Positions 8,209 through 17,292 of a stretch of 64,000 nt of DNA are shown piece by piece; within the stretch, counting starts at the first letter, position 1, and the number at the start of each line of letters is the position of its first letter. The notes below the pieces were generated by a model. That model made no database searches and was not told the DNA's origin. It saw only the letters and a list, made by a program, of their open reading frames with translations. Source of the DNA: Thermoguttaceae bacterium (GTDB lineage: Bacteria > Planctomycetota > Planctomycetia > Pirellulales > Thermoguttaceae); contig JAFSDX010000034.1 of assembly GCA_017436025.1 (NCBI GenBank), positions 6,210-70,209 on the forward strand, read 5' to 3'. The position numbers and the translations under genes are program-made.

Positions 8209-10170
8209 TTACTTCGCGACTTTTCTAAAAATCGCGTTCCAGCCGCCGTCGCGCGCCATTTTCAACGTCGCCAAGTCGCCTTTTTTGAACGTTTGCGTCG
8301 TTATCGAAATCGCGTTGGCGTCCGAATCGGTTTCCGACGCGTCGGCGTAAATCGTCGCTTCGTACTCGGCGTCGTCTTCGAGGAAGTCGAGCCGAACGTC
8401 GAGCGAGCGCGCTTTATCGTTCGTAAGCGCCGACAAATAAAAGACTTCGCCGCTTCGTCGAGCAACCGCGACAAACTCGCCGATTTCGCCGTCGAGCGCC
8501 GTCGTATCGTCCCAAACGGTCGGGAGTTCGCGCAAAAATTCGAGCCCCGGTTTCCCGGCGTAAACGCTCGGCAGATCGCAAAGGGTGCGCAGCGGCGAGT
8601 CGTAAATCATACAGAGCGCAAGTTCTCGGGCGCGCGTTCCGACGGTATGACACGTTGAACCGTCCGGCAACGCGTCGACCTTCTTAAAAGTCTCCGGATG
8701 TTCGTTCAGGAAACCGCCGGGCGTGAAGTCGGCCGGGCCGAGCATACAACGCGTAAATGGAAGCGTCGCAAGGTGTTCCGACGTCAGCGCCGACCAGCGG
8801 TTGTACTCGTTGCCGCGGACGCCTTCGCGGGTGATTTGGTTCGGGAACGTCCGCGTCATCCCGGTCGGTTTATACATCCCGTGATAGTTGACAAGAAGTC
8901 GATTTTCAGCCGCGATTCGGCAAGTTTCGGTCAGCCATTGAACCGTTTCTTGCGAGTGCGAGTCCATAAAGTCGATCTTGAGCCCCGCGACGCCCCATTT
9001 CGCGCAACGCTCTAAAGTCCTGCGAACGCCCGCTTTCTTTAACGGATCGACGTGATACCAAAGGAAGAGACGAACGCCCTTCGACTTCCCGTATTCGACG
9101 CAAGCCGGAATATCGACCCCGTCGCGGAAAACTTGCGACAAATCGTCGCTCCATTCGCCCGGTTTGCGTTCCCAACCGGCGTCGAGCGTGAAGTATTCCC
9201 ACCCCATCGACGCCGCGAAGTCGATGAATTCCTTAATCTTAGCGTTCGAAATCTCGCGACCGTTTTTCGGCGCCCACCAGTCCCAAGCGCTGTTCCCCGG
9301 CTCGACCCAGGACGCGTCAAAATTACACGGCGTCGCGACGTTTTCGACGATTCCGGAGTTGTTAATCAAATCGACCGGCTTTTTTCCGAGCAAAACGACG
9401 CGCCAAGGCGACTTAGCTTCCGGACGGCAAACGACGGCGCCGCGTTTGTCGTCGCGCGGCGTCAACCGAAGTTTAATCGTCGTCGGCGTTTGCGGCGACG
9501 AAGCGAACTGCGCGCCCGCCCAGTCGAGCAAATCGGCCTCGGTCAGCGCCGCGATAAAGCCTTCGCCCTTAACGACTAACGGCATACCGACGAACGAATC
9601 CGGCTTAACGTCCGAAAGTTTTTTGCGAAGGAAAAACTCCTCTTGCGACGTATTGTACTTCGGATAGTAAGTCGCCCAACAATCGAGGTTAGCGCCGAAC
9701 GCGAACTCCGTTTCGTCGACGTCGAGCGTCAGTTCGTCGAGCCCGTCTTGTTTCGGAACGACGTAACGAATCGCGACGCCGTCGTCGTAAGCGCGCAACA
9801 CGACGTTCCACTTGCGTTTAGCTTCGGCGACTTCTTGTAACTCGAACGTCGTTTCGACGCAACGGTCGACGTAAACGGAACGCTTCCCAACGGCGCAAGT
9901 CCAAGTTTCGTCGACGTTTCGGCTCGACTCGCCGACAAGTCGCGACGCCCCGAAACCGATTCCCAACCGCGATTCGCCGACGACCTTCGCGCCGTCGAAC
10001 GTCAGTTGGTAACTCGCGTAATCGTCGACCGTTACGTCGACTTTAACAATCTTACTCGGCGACTCGACCGTCCGTGACTCCGCCGCGAAAAGCGTCGACG
10101 CCGACGACGCCGTTCCAAGAGCGACGGCAAACGCGACCGTCAATTTACTTAACTTCAACATTTTCAACAT
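8209..10170 (-). CDS. Glycoside hydrolase family 97-like protein (secreted)
   Basis: Signal peptide MLKMLKLSKLTVAFAVALGTASSASTLFAAE. Motifs resemble the GH97 catalytic domain (IKEFIDFAASMGWEYFTLDAGWE; KWGVAGLKIDFMDSHSQE). GGAGG lies upstream of the start. Confidence 0.65.
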   Translation of the reverse strand: MLKMLKLSKLTVAFAVALGTASSASTLFAAESRTVESPSKIVKVDVTVDDYASYQLTFDGAKVVGESRLGIGFGASRLVGESSRNVDETWTCAVGKRSVYVDRCVETTFELQEVAEAKRKWNVVLRAYDDGVAIRYVVPKQDGLDELTLDVDETEFAFGANLDCWATYYPKYNTSQEEFFLRKKLSDVKPDSFVGMPLVVKGEGFIAALTEADLLDWAGAQFASSPQTPTTIKLRLTPRDDKRGAVVCRPEAKSPWRVVLLGKKPVDLINNSGIVENVATPCNFDASWVEPGNSAWDWWAPKNGREISNAKIKEFIDFAASMGWEYFTLDAGWERKPGEWSDDLSQVFRDGVDIPACVEYGKSKGVRLFLWYHVDPLKKAGVRRTLERCAKWGVAGLKIDFMDSHSQETVQWLTETCRIAAENRLLVNYHGMYKPTGMTRTFPNQITREGVRGNEYNRWSALTSEHLATLPFTRCMLGPADFTPGGFLNEHPETFKKVDALPDGSTCHTVGTRARELALCMIYDSPLRTLCDLPSVYAGKPGLEFLRELPTVWDDTTALDGEIGEFVAVARRSGEVFYLSALTNDKARSLDVRLDFLEDDAEYEATIYADASETDSDANAISITTQTFKKGDLATLKMARDGGWNAIFRKVAK

Positions 10171-10206
10171 ATTAAACCTCCTAATACAAATCTTAAAAAA
10201 TCAATT

Positions 10207-10689
10207 TTAATCCCAAAGGCAAACGCCGCCGTCGTCCTTCATCTTTCCCCCGCATTTCGGACATTTCACCCAAATGGTTTCCAAAGAATCGTTCGAATCC
10301 TCGTTTTCCAACTTTTTCCAATCGGTCGTTTCTTCAAAATCACAACCGCCGCAATGGTCGCATTTAGCGCCATATTTAATCACAAGTCGCGCCCAATCGC
10401 TGAAAGGATAGAAATCCATTGCGTCGTCCTCGTCTTCCGCCTCGCTAGTCGACGGACGCTCGGCCAATTCCTTTTTCTCGCGGCGGAACCATTCGTCCAA
10501 GAGGCCTTCGCCTTCGCCGAACAGATGAAACTCAACGTCTTTTTTTTTGGTCCAAAATTCGATAATTTCGTTGCAACTCGAACAACGGACCTGTCTTACG
10601 ACGCCGTCCATTCCAAAATCTAATCCTCCGGGATATATCGCATGTTCGTAACCGCAATCTTCGCAACGATAAGACGATCTCATTCCCAT
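10207..10689 (-). CDS. Small Cys-rich double zinc-ribbon protein, function unknown
   Basis: Four CxxC pairs (CEDCGYE ... CSSCNE; CDHCGGC ... CPKCGG) separated by an acidic linker. Locally lower GC than the neighbouring genes. Confidence 0.55.
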   Translation of the reverse strand: MGMRSSYRCEDCGYEHAIYPGGLDFGMDGVVRQVRCSSCNEIIEFWTKKKDVEFHLFGEGEGLLDEWFRREKKELAERPSTSEAEDEDDAMDFYPFSDWARLVIKYGAKCDHCGGCDFEETTDWKKLENEDSNDSLETIWVKCPKCGGKMKDDGGVCLWD

Positions 10690-10735
10690 TTTATGTTCTC
10701 CTTTAAATACTATTCGGCGCTAGCCTTAACGCAAC

Positions 10736-12787
10736 TCATTGCGCGGCGAACGTTTGGCGAATCGTCGCTTTCTCGACGTCGCCGTCGACAATCAGGGCCA
10801 AGCGCGTCGGCTTTTTCGGAACGCTCGCGTCGTTTTCGCCGACGATTTTCGTTTCGAAGCGGAGCGGAAGCGCGTTCCCGGCGCCGTCCGTCGCGGCGAC
10901 CGTCAGCGTCGCGGCGCCGACCTTAAACCGAAGCGTCGTCGAAGGTTGCGTCGCATCAAGAGCTTCAATCTTCTCGAACGAAACGACCGCCGTTTCGAAC
11001 GCGCCCTTTTCGTTCGGCTTGAATTCGACCGAGTCGCAAATCTCGACGCCGCCGGAGTTTGCGCCGTTCGCGCGGCGGTATTCGAAAACGCGCTTCGCCG
11101 ACGCGAGCGTTTTCACCGGATAAGCCGACGTCAAGTCGATCTCGTATCGGTCGACCTCGTCGCTAAACGCTTTAACGACTTTGCCTTGCGCGTCGCGTCC
11201 GGTTTTTTGGAGCGTTCCGGCGATTCGCGGAACCGGGTGCCCGAACGAATTAAGGAGTTCGCCCTCGTAACGTCGCGAGCTAAACGTCCGCGCCGTATAG
11301 GTTTCGCCGCCCGGGTCGCGAACGACGAAAACGCTCGTTCCCGGTTTCGCGTCCTTCGAATTGAGAATCAGCGAGTACGACCCGACGTCGTTATGGTTGT
11401 GCAACTCCGCGTTATGACCGGCTTTAAGGCCGAGCGCGAAATATTTTCCCGTCGCGTTCGGATTCGGACGGCAAATCAAGACGCCGGCGTCCGGGAAGTC
11501 GGTTCGAATCGGCAAAGCGTTATCGGCGTTAGCGTTAACGTCGTCGCTTGCGTCTTTTTTCGGGAAGACGACGTCTTTGTCAAAGCCGAACGCCGTCGTT
11601 TGAAGCAAGTCGCCGAGCGCGAAATTCGCGTCGAGCCCGCGTTTCTCCGCCTCGACGTAACCGTATCCCTTCAAACGACTTAAATAACCGACGTAAATCG
11701 GCGACGGACGCGCGGAAAGCGAACAGTCGGCGAAGGCGATAAACTGCCCGTCGGTAATTTCAATCGTCGGCGCGTAATCGAGAATGGCGCGTATCTTCGA
11801 AAATCTAAAGAGATCGAGCTTGCCTCCGGTCGCATTACGAACCGTCGCGCCTAAAAGCAAGTAATTGCCGAAGCCGTAATTCCAATACCCGAGCCCTTCG
11901 GAACAGTAACCGTCGTTCGTAAATCCTTTCATAAACTTCGTTTCCGAGAAGTAATCGGCGGCGGCGACAAAGAAAGCGCGACGTTCTTTCGACTCGACGA
12001 CGTTCAGCGCGGCGGCGACCGTCCCGGCGTGACAGACGGCGCTCCAGTTGTTCTCGGTGCGAATCCACCACATCCGGTTGTAAGGCTTTGTCAACACGGC
12101 GCTTTCGTATGGCGCGAGAAGCCGCTTTTCAATTTCGCTAATCGTTGTCGCAACGGTTTCCGGCTTCAACTTGTCGCGGTGCAAATTGACGGCGATCGCG
12201 GCTTCGGCCCCGGCGAGCGTCGAACCTAAGTCGCTGTAAATCGTTTTGCCGTCGTAAATTTCGGCGTCTCGGTCGTGCGCGGGGAGAACCCAAGAGCGGA
12301 GCGCGCAAAATTCAAGCAACGTCGCGTCGAGCGCCTCGACGAAGCGGCCCTTATTTTCCAGCGCTTCGGCCAACGCAAACGTTGTAATCCGTCGGGTTAA
12401 GCGTCCGTATTCGCGCTGATAATTCGAGCGATTCCCGTTGCGGTAATACTCCTTATAAAGCTCCTCCGGAAGCGCGGGCGACTTTTGCGTCAACGCTTTT
12501 TCGGCGTTCTTAACCGTTTGTTTACCGGAGTTTGTCGACGCCAACAAATCCCAACGTTCGCGGTCGCCGAGGTTTGCGATTCGCGTCGTTCCGTCTTCCA
12601 GAAGCGGCGCGACCGCCTCGGCTCGCTTAAAAATCGCGTCTTTTTCCGTCTCGGCGGCGCTAAGCGACGTCGCGTAAACCGCCGTCGTCGCCAACGTAAA
12701 CGCGACCGCCCAAGCCGTCCGTCGCGAAAAACGCCGAGTCAAACCGCCGTCGCGACCGTTTTTTGCAAAAAATCGAGAAAAATTCAT
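10736..12787 (-). CDS. Heparinase II/III-like (polysaccharide lyase-fold) protein, secreted
   Basis: N-terminal signal (TAWAVAFTLATTAVYATSLSAAE). The motif GLKAGHNAELHNHNDVGSYSLIL resembles the His/Asp signature of the Hepar_II_III domain. Confidence 0.6.
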   Translation of the reverse strand: MNFSRFFAKNGRDGGLTRRFSRRTAWAVAFTLATTAVYATSLSAAETEKDAIFKRAEAVAPLLEDGTTRIANLGDRERWDLLASTNSGKQTVKNAEKALTQKSPALPEELYKEYYRNGNRSNYQREYGRLTRRITTFALAEALENKGRFVEALDATLLEFCALRSWVLPAHDRDAEIYDGKTIYSDLGSTLAGAEAAIAVNLHRDKLKPETVATTISEIEKRLLAPYESAVLTKPYNRMWWIRTENNWSAVCHAGTVAAALNVVESKERRAFFVAAADYFSETKFMKGFTNDGYCSEGLGYWNYGFGNYLLLGATVRNATGGKLDLFRFSKIRAILDYAPTIEITDGQFIAFADCSLSARPSPIYVGYLSRLKGYGYVEAEKRGLDANFALGDLLQTTAFGFDKDVVFPKKDASDDVNANADNALPIRTDFPDAGVLICRPNPNATGKYFALGLKAGHNAELHNHNDVGSYSLILNSKDAKPGTSVFVVRDPGGETYTARTFSSRRYEGELLNSFGHPVPRIAGTLQKTGRDAQGKVVKAFSDEVDRYEIDLTSAYPVKTLASAKRVFEYRRANGANSGGVEICDSVEFKPNEKGAFETAVVSFEKIEALDATQPSTTLRFKVGAATLTVAATDGAGNALPLRFETKIVGENDASVPKKPTRLALIVDGDVEKATIRQTFAAQ

Positions 12788-13015
12788 TGCGTCCCCCTTT
12801 TGGCGTCGCGCGGACGCCGTATAATATCGAGCAAATGGACTCGCCGACGCTCCGACGCCGACGCGCCTCCATTATACCAAATCGCGCCGCCGTTCGCAAA
12901 CGTTTTCGCAAAAAAATTTCGCGACGATCTTTTTTCGCCGAAGCGTTTTTCGACGCGTCGCAACCTATTTTATCGCAACACTAACGTTCGCCGGACTCGA
13001 CGAAAGGAGCCCCCG

Positions 13016-14293
13016 ATGACCCAAATCGGCACGAAATGCGTTCAAGCCGGTTACCGCCCGCAAAACGGCGAGCCGCGCCAAATTCCGATCATTCAAAGCA
13101 CGACCTTCCGGTACGAATCGAGCGCCGCGATGGGCAAACTCTTCGATTTGGAGGCATCCGGCTACTTCTATTCGCGCCTGCAAAACCCGACCGCCGACAC
13201 GGTCGCGGCGAAGATTTGCGAGCTGGAAGGCGGTACGGCGGCGATGCTTACGTCGTCCGGGCAAGCGGCGAACTTCTTCGCGGTCTTCAATATTTGCTCG
13301 GCCGGCGACCACGTCGTCGCGTCGTCGGCGATTTACGGCGGCACCTTCAACCTCTTCGCCGTTACGATGAAGCGGATGGGAATCGAATTCACGTTCGTGA
13401 AGCCGGACTGCTCCGACGAAGAACTCGAAGCGGCCTTCCGCCCGAACACGAAAGCGGTCTTCGGCGAAACGGTCGCGAACCCGGCGCTTGCCGTTCTCGA
13501 CATTGAACGCTTCGCGCAAGTCGCGCATTCGCACGGGGTTCCGCTCATCATCGACAACACGTTCCCGACGCCGGTCAACTGCCGACCGTTCGAATGGGGC
13601 GCCGATATTGTTACGCACTCGACGACGAAGTATATGGACGGGCACGGTTCGCAAGTCGGCGGCGCGATCGTCGACTCCGGCAAGTTCGACTGGACGGCGC
13701 AAAGCGAGAAATTCCCGGGACTTACGACTCCGGACGCGAGCTATCACGGGATCGTTTACACCGAAAAATTCGGTCAAGGCGGCGCGTTTATCACGAAGTG
13801 CGTCGCTCAACTGATGCGCGACTTCGGCGCCTCGCCCGCTCCGATGAACGCGTTTTTGCTGAACTTCGGGCTCGAATCGCTCCACTTGCGGATGAAGCGA
13901 CACTGCGAAAACGCGCAAAAGGTCGCCGAATTTTTGGAATCGCGACAAGAAGTCGCCTGGGTCAATTACGCCGGACTTAAAAGTAGCCCGTATTACGAGT
14001 TAGCGCAAAAATATATGCCGAACGGAACTTGCGGCGTCGTGTCGTTTGGTCTCGTCGGCGGTCGCGACGCGGCGGAAGTTTTTATGTCGAAACTGCAAAT
14101 CGCGCAGATCGCGACGCACGTCGCGGACGCTCGCACTTGCGTTCTTCACCCGGCGAACGCGACGCACCGTCAACTTTCGGAAGCGGAGCTGGAAGCGTGC
14201 GGCGTCGGCGCGGACTTGATTCGCCTCTCCTGCGGTATCGAAGACGCGGACGACTTGATCGCCGACCTCGCGCAAGCGCTGGAAACCAAGTAA
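13016..14293 (+). CDS. metY: O-acetylhomoserine aminocarboxypropyltransferase/sulfhydrylase (PLP-dependent)
   Basis: MTQIGTKCVQAGYRPQNGEPRQIPIIQSTTFRYES..., the PLP-lysine motif HSTTKYMDGHG, and C-terminal IRLSCGIED. AAAGGAG lies 7 nt upstream of the ATG at 13016. The longer track ORF (12485) overlaps the divergent gene and is Arg-rich junk. Confidence 0.85.
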   Translation: MTQIGTKCVQAGYRPQNGEPRQIPIIQSTTFRYESSAAMGKLFDLEASGYFYSRLQNPTADTVAAKICELEGGTAAMLTSSGQAANFFAVFNICSAGDHVVASSAIYGGTFNLFAVTMKRMGIEFTFVKPDCSDEELEAAFRPNTKAVFGETVANPALAVLDIERFAQVAHSHGVPLIIDNTFPTPVNCRPFEWGADIVTHSTTKYMDGHGSQVGGAIVDSGKFDWTAQSEKFPGLTTPDASYHGIVYTEKFGQGGAFITKCVAQLMRDFGASPAPMNAFLLNFGLESLHLRMKRHCENAQKVAEFLESRQEVAWVNYAGLKSSPYYELAQKYMPNGTCGVVSFGLVGGRDAAEVFMSKLQIAQIATHVADARTCVLHPANATHRQLSEAELEACGVGADLIRLSCGIEDADDLIADLAQALETK

Positions 14294-14314
14294 ACGCTTG
14301 ACATTAAGCAACGC

Positions 14315-14363
14315 GAACGACAGGACGTCGCCATTCTAAAACGACGTCCTGTCGTTCATTTTT
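14315..14363 (+). terminator. Rho-independent terminator after metY
   Basis: Perfect 16-bp stem GAACGACAGGACGTCG / CGACGTCCTGTCGTTC with an 11-nt loop, followed by ATTTTTG. Confidence 0.75.
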
Positions 14364-14431
14364 GCGCGTTTTTGCAAAGTCGCCTAAGAGTCAAGCGCGG
14401 CGACGTTTCGTCGACTTGTTTCCTTTCGCTC

Positions 14432-16243
14432 TTACTCGCGTTCGTCGTCCCGGTATCGCGCGTCGCCGTAAGTCCAATCGTAATAATCGATTACGCGCTC
14501 CGTTTCAATTTCGTCGCGTATCGCGTCGAAGTCGTCGAAATAATCGTAAAGGAGCCCGTCGAGGGTTTCCGGTTCCATTTTCGAAAACGGTTCGTAATAC
14601 TCGGCGTCAAAAGGAGTTGCGTTTTTCCGTTTCTTCTCCTTCTTACGTCGCGCGCCGTTTTCTTTCTCATTGCGACTCCTCGCCTTCTCCCCTTGAGTCG
14701 AATTTTCGACGCCTTGTCGTTCCGGTTGTTTTCGCTCCTCTTTTCCGCTTAACCCGTTTAACTTTCCTAGTTCCGCTCTTCCGTCAAACGATTTGTTTTC
14801 GGTCGTCGGCGCGCCTGAAACGTCGTCCCAATCCTCCCAAAAATTCAAACGCAGGTCGTCCGACGTTTCATCGTCTTCGGCGTATTCTTCCGCTTCGCTC
14901 GCCTTCGCTACATCTAGCGAAAGCGCCTCGTCTTTGCCTCCCGCTCCAAAATCTAAACGCAAATCCTCGTCGTCGTATTCTTCAACATCTTGATTTAAAA
15001 ACGTTTGCGACGGTTCCGCATCAACCGCTTCAAAATCAACCGATTCCGAAGCGGCGACCGACGATTCCGAATCAACCGATTCAAAATCAACCGATTCCGA
15101 AGCGGCGACCGACGATTCCGAATCAACCGATTCAAAATCAACCGATTCCGAAGCGGCGACCGACGGTTCCGAATCAACCGATTCAAAATCAACCGCTTCC
15201 GAAGCGGCGACCGACAGTTCCGAATCAACCGATTCAAAATCAACGACTTCCGAAGCGGCGACAGGCGGTTCCGAATCAACCGATTCAAAATCGACCGATT
15301 CCGAAGCGGCGACCGACGGTTCCGAATCAACCGATTCAAAATCGACCGATTCCGAAGCGGCGACCGTCGGTTCCGAATCAACCGATTCAAAATCAACGAC
15401 TTCAGAAGCGGCGACAGGCGGCTCCAAATCAACCTTATCCGACGCAACGCCCAACGTTTCCGCGTCGACTTTCGCAGACGCAACCGATTTTTTATCCTCA
15501 ACTTCGGCGTCCACAAACGCGTTAATTTCAACGTTTACTCCTAACGTTTTGTCAATCCAAACACGGTCGACGAGCGACAACCTGCGCAACGGATAACGAT
15601 AAAGCGTCCCGCGAGCCGAGCGAAAAAAAGCAAATTCCGTCGAGCGCGCGCTTAGCTCAATTTCAAGAGCCGCTCTGACGACAATCTTTCCCTCGTCGTT
15701 TGCCCACTCCCTAATCCCTTGCGAAAATTGAAGTTGCGCGCTATCGTTTAACGTTGCGTCGTCGGTTGAACAAAGCGGCGCGGCGTCTTGCTTCCGCCCG
15801 TCGACCTCGTCGTTATCGACGCTTTCCTCTTCCTCGGCGCCAACGGTATCTTCTTTATCGACAACATCTTGCGCCCCATCCGAAAGCGTCTTTTGAGTAT
15901 TCGTTTCATCGAGCGCGCTTTCCGTCAAAATTTCCGACTTTTTAACGCCGTTAACCCCAATTTCGGCGTCTATCGGCTCCGTTGTTAACTTCTCTTCGTC
16001 GCCGAATCTCCAACCCGTTGTTTTTTCAAAACTTACGCCGTACCTACCCTCGTGTTTCTCAATCTTCTCCGTCGACGCGTCGCCAACAGCGCACAACGAT
16101 TCGGCGCCGCGCGTTCCATCGGCAAGTTCCGCTTTTTCAACAACTTGCGTTCGATTTTTGCGCCAGGAACGCCTACGCGTCAACACCCGGACAACGTTGC
16201 GCCAAACGCGCGTAAAGCTCTTCCACCCGAAAATCCGCTTCAT
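14432..16243 (-). CDS. Highly acidic tandem-repeat protein with an SHD1-like domain
   Basis: About 8 copies of a 17-aa unit (ESVDFESVDSEPSVAAS). The segment IREWANDEGKIVVRAALEIELSARSTEFAFFRSARGTLYRYPLRRLSLVDRVWIDK resembles the SLA1-homology SHD1 domain common in planctomycetal proteins. The N-terminus is basic. Confidence 0.65.
   Translation of the reverse strand: MKRIFGWKSFTRVWRNVVRVLTRRRSWRKNRTQVVEKAELADGTRGAESLCAVGDASTEKIEKHEGRYGVSFEKTTGWRFGDEEKLTTEPIDAEIGVNGVKKSEILTESALDETNTQKTLSDGAQDVVDKEDTVGAEEEESVDNDEVDGRKQDAAPLCSTDDATLNDSAQLQFSQGIREWANDEGKIVVRAALEIELSARSTEFAFFRSARGTLYRYPLRRLSLVDRVWIDKTLGVNVEINAFVDAEVEDKKSVASAKVDAETLGVASDKVDLEPPVAASEVVDFESVDSEPTVAASESVDFESVDSEPSVAASESVDFESVDSEPPVAASEVVDFESVDSELSVAASEAVDFESVDSEPSVAASESVDFESVDSESSVAASESVDFESVDSESSVAASESVDFEAVDAEPSQTFLNQDVEEYDDEDLRLDFGAGGKDEALSLDVAKASEAEEYAEDDETSDDLRLNFWEDWDDVSGAPTTENKSFDGRAELGKLNGLSGKEERKQPERQGVENSTQGEKARSRNEKENGARRKKEKKRKNATPFDAEYYEPFSKMEPETLDGLLYDYFDDFDAIRDEIETERVIDYYDWTYGDARYRDDERE
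15010..15440 (-). repeat. 51-bp in-frame tandem repeat, about 8.5 copies
   Basis: Plus-strand unit ttccgaatcaaccgattcaaaatcaaccgattccgaagcggcgaccgacga, repeated head-to-tail with a few substitutions. It lies entirely inside CDS 14432..16243. Confidence 0.9.
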
Positions 16244-16449
16244 CGTTCTCCCCTCGCGCCTATCGACTCGCTTTAAATTTACGTTTTATTTTGCTTAAAC
16301 GTTACTTTCTTCCTATTCTACATCACTTTTGAGCTTTTTTCAACTCGCTAAAGCGCAACGTCGGACGCCTGACGTCCAAGCTACGTTAATTTTCACCCGA
16401 AACAAACGTTAAAATCCGATTTTTCATTCCGCCTCCCCCCAAGTTCCTC

Positions 16450-16478
16450 TTGCAAATTCTGCAAAAATCCGCTACAAT
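16450..16478 (+). promoter_or_regulatory. Sigma70-like promoter upstream of 16526..17266
   Basis: TTGCAA (16450-16455), a 17-nt spacer, then TACAAT (16473-16478), about 45 nt upstream of the ATG. It sits in an AT-rich 282-nt intergenic region. Confidence 0.55.
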
Positions 16479-16525
16479 CGTATCGATTCCTTCACTTTCC
16501 CTTAAAATCAAAGAAAGGTAGCCCG

Positions 16526-17266
16526 ATGGATAACGTTCTTTGCATGAAATGGGGCACAAAATTTTCCGCCGAGTACGTTAATATTCTTGCGTCGCGTGTG
16601 AAGCGTCATTTGTCGCGCCCGCACCGCTTCGTTTGCTTCACCGACGACCCAACCGGTTTGCGACGCGACGTCGAAGTTCGTCCGCTTCCGGAAATGACGG
16701 GTCTCGACGGTCGCCCCGAACGCGGTTGGCGCAAGTTGACGCTTTTTCAAGAAAAACTCGCCGACGTCGAAGGAACCGCGCTGTTTCTCGACCTCGACGT
16801 GGTGATTCTCGACTCGCTCGACCCGTTTTTCGAAGTTCCCGGCGAGTTCCGCATCGTCGAAGACTGGAATTTGCCCGGCAAAAACATCGGCAATTCCTCG
16901 GTTTTCCGCTTTGAAGTCGGCTCTCACCCGGAAATTCTCGACTATTTTTTGAAGAATCGCGACGCCGTGTACGCCGAACACCGCAACGAACAAGCGTACC
17001 TAAGCTGGGCGGCGCGACGCGGCGGCTTTTTCGATTATTGGGACGCGAATTGGTGTTTGAGCTTTAAAAAGCACTATATGCGCCGCTTTCCGCTCGGTTA
17101 TTTTTGCGAACCTAAGCAAAGACAAGGAGTTAAGATTGTCGTTTTTCACGGCAATCCGCATCCGGACGGCGTCCGAACCGGCTGGCGCGGAAGTTGGGGG
17201 TTGCGCGCCGTCAAAAAGACGCCTTGGCTTGCCGAAAATTGGTCGGAAATCCCGCTTGACGACTAA
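16526..17266 (+). CDS. Hypothetical protein, possibly a glycosyltransferase (weak)
   Basis: The N-terminus CMKWGTKFSAEYVNILASRVKRHLSRPHRFVCFTDD recalls a family of small putative glycosyltransferases. No decisive motif. Confidence 0.4.
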   Translation: MDNVLCMKWGTKFSAEYVNILASRVKRHLSRPHRFVCFTDDPTGLRRDVEVRPLPEMTGLDGRPERGWRKLTLFQEKLADVEGTALFLDLDVVILDSLDPFFEVPGEFRIVEDWNLPGKNIGNSSVFRFEVGSHPEILDYFLKNRDAVYAEHRNEQAYLSWAARRGGFFDYWDANWCLSFKKHYMRRFPLGYFCEPKQRQGVKIVVFHGNPHPDGVRTGWRGSWGLRAVKKTPWLAENWSEIPLDD

Positions 17267-17292
17267 CGCTCTAACAACTTAAACGGCAATAC

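Noticed and set aside
12485-13015. 177-codon N-terminal extension of the metY ORF
   Set aside because: It overlaps the divergent heparinase-like gene, is extremely Arg-rich, and an ATG with an AAAGGAG Shine-Dalgarno sequence at 13016 gives a full-length MetY.
12788-13015. SAM-family riboswitch or T-box in the metY leader
   Set aside because: A TATAAT at 12828-12833 (overlapping the palindrome GGCGTCGCGCGGACGCC) would give a leader of about 175 nt. I could not find SAM-I, SAM-II or other known riboswitch consensus blocks, nor a convincing terminator/antiterminator pair.
15010-15440. Possible CRISPR array (regular short repeats)
   Set aside because: The units are contiguous 51-bp head-to-tail copies with no unique spacers. 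They lie in-frame inside a CDS, and there are no cas genes in the window.
14362-15525. 387-aa plus-strand ORF with a striking P/N/Q/I/R repeat (PNQPIQNQPIPKRRPT...)
   Set aside because: It is the reverse-strand reading of the 51-bp tandem repeat. The minus-strand frame gives a coherent 603-aa protein with an SHD1-like domain and a sensible start. The plus ORF is Arg/Pro-rich junk outside the repeat.
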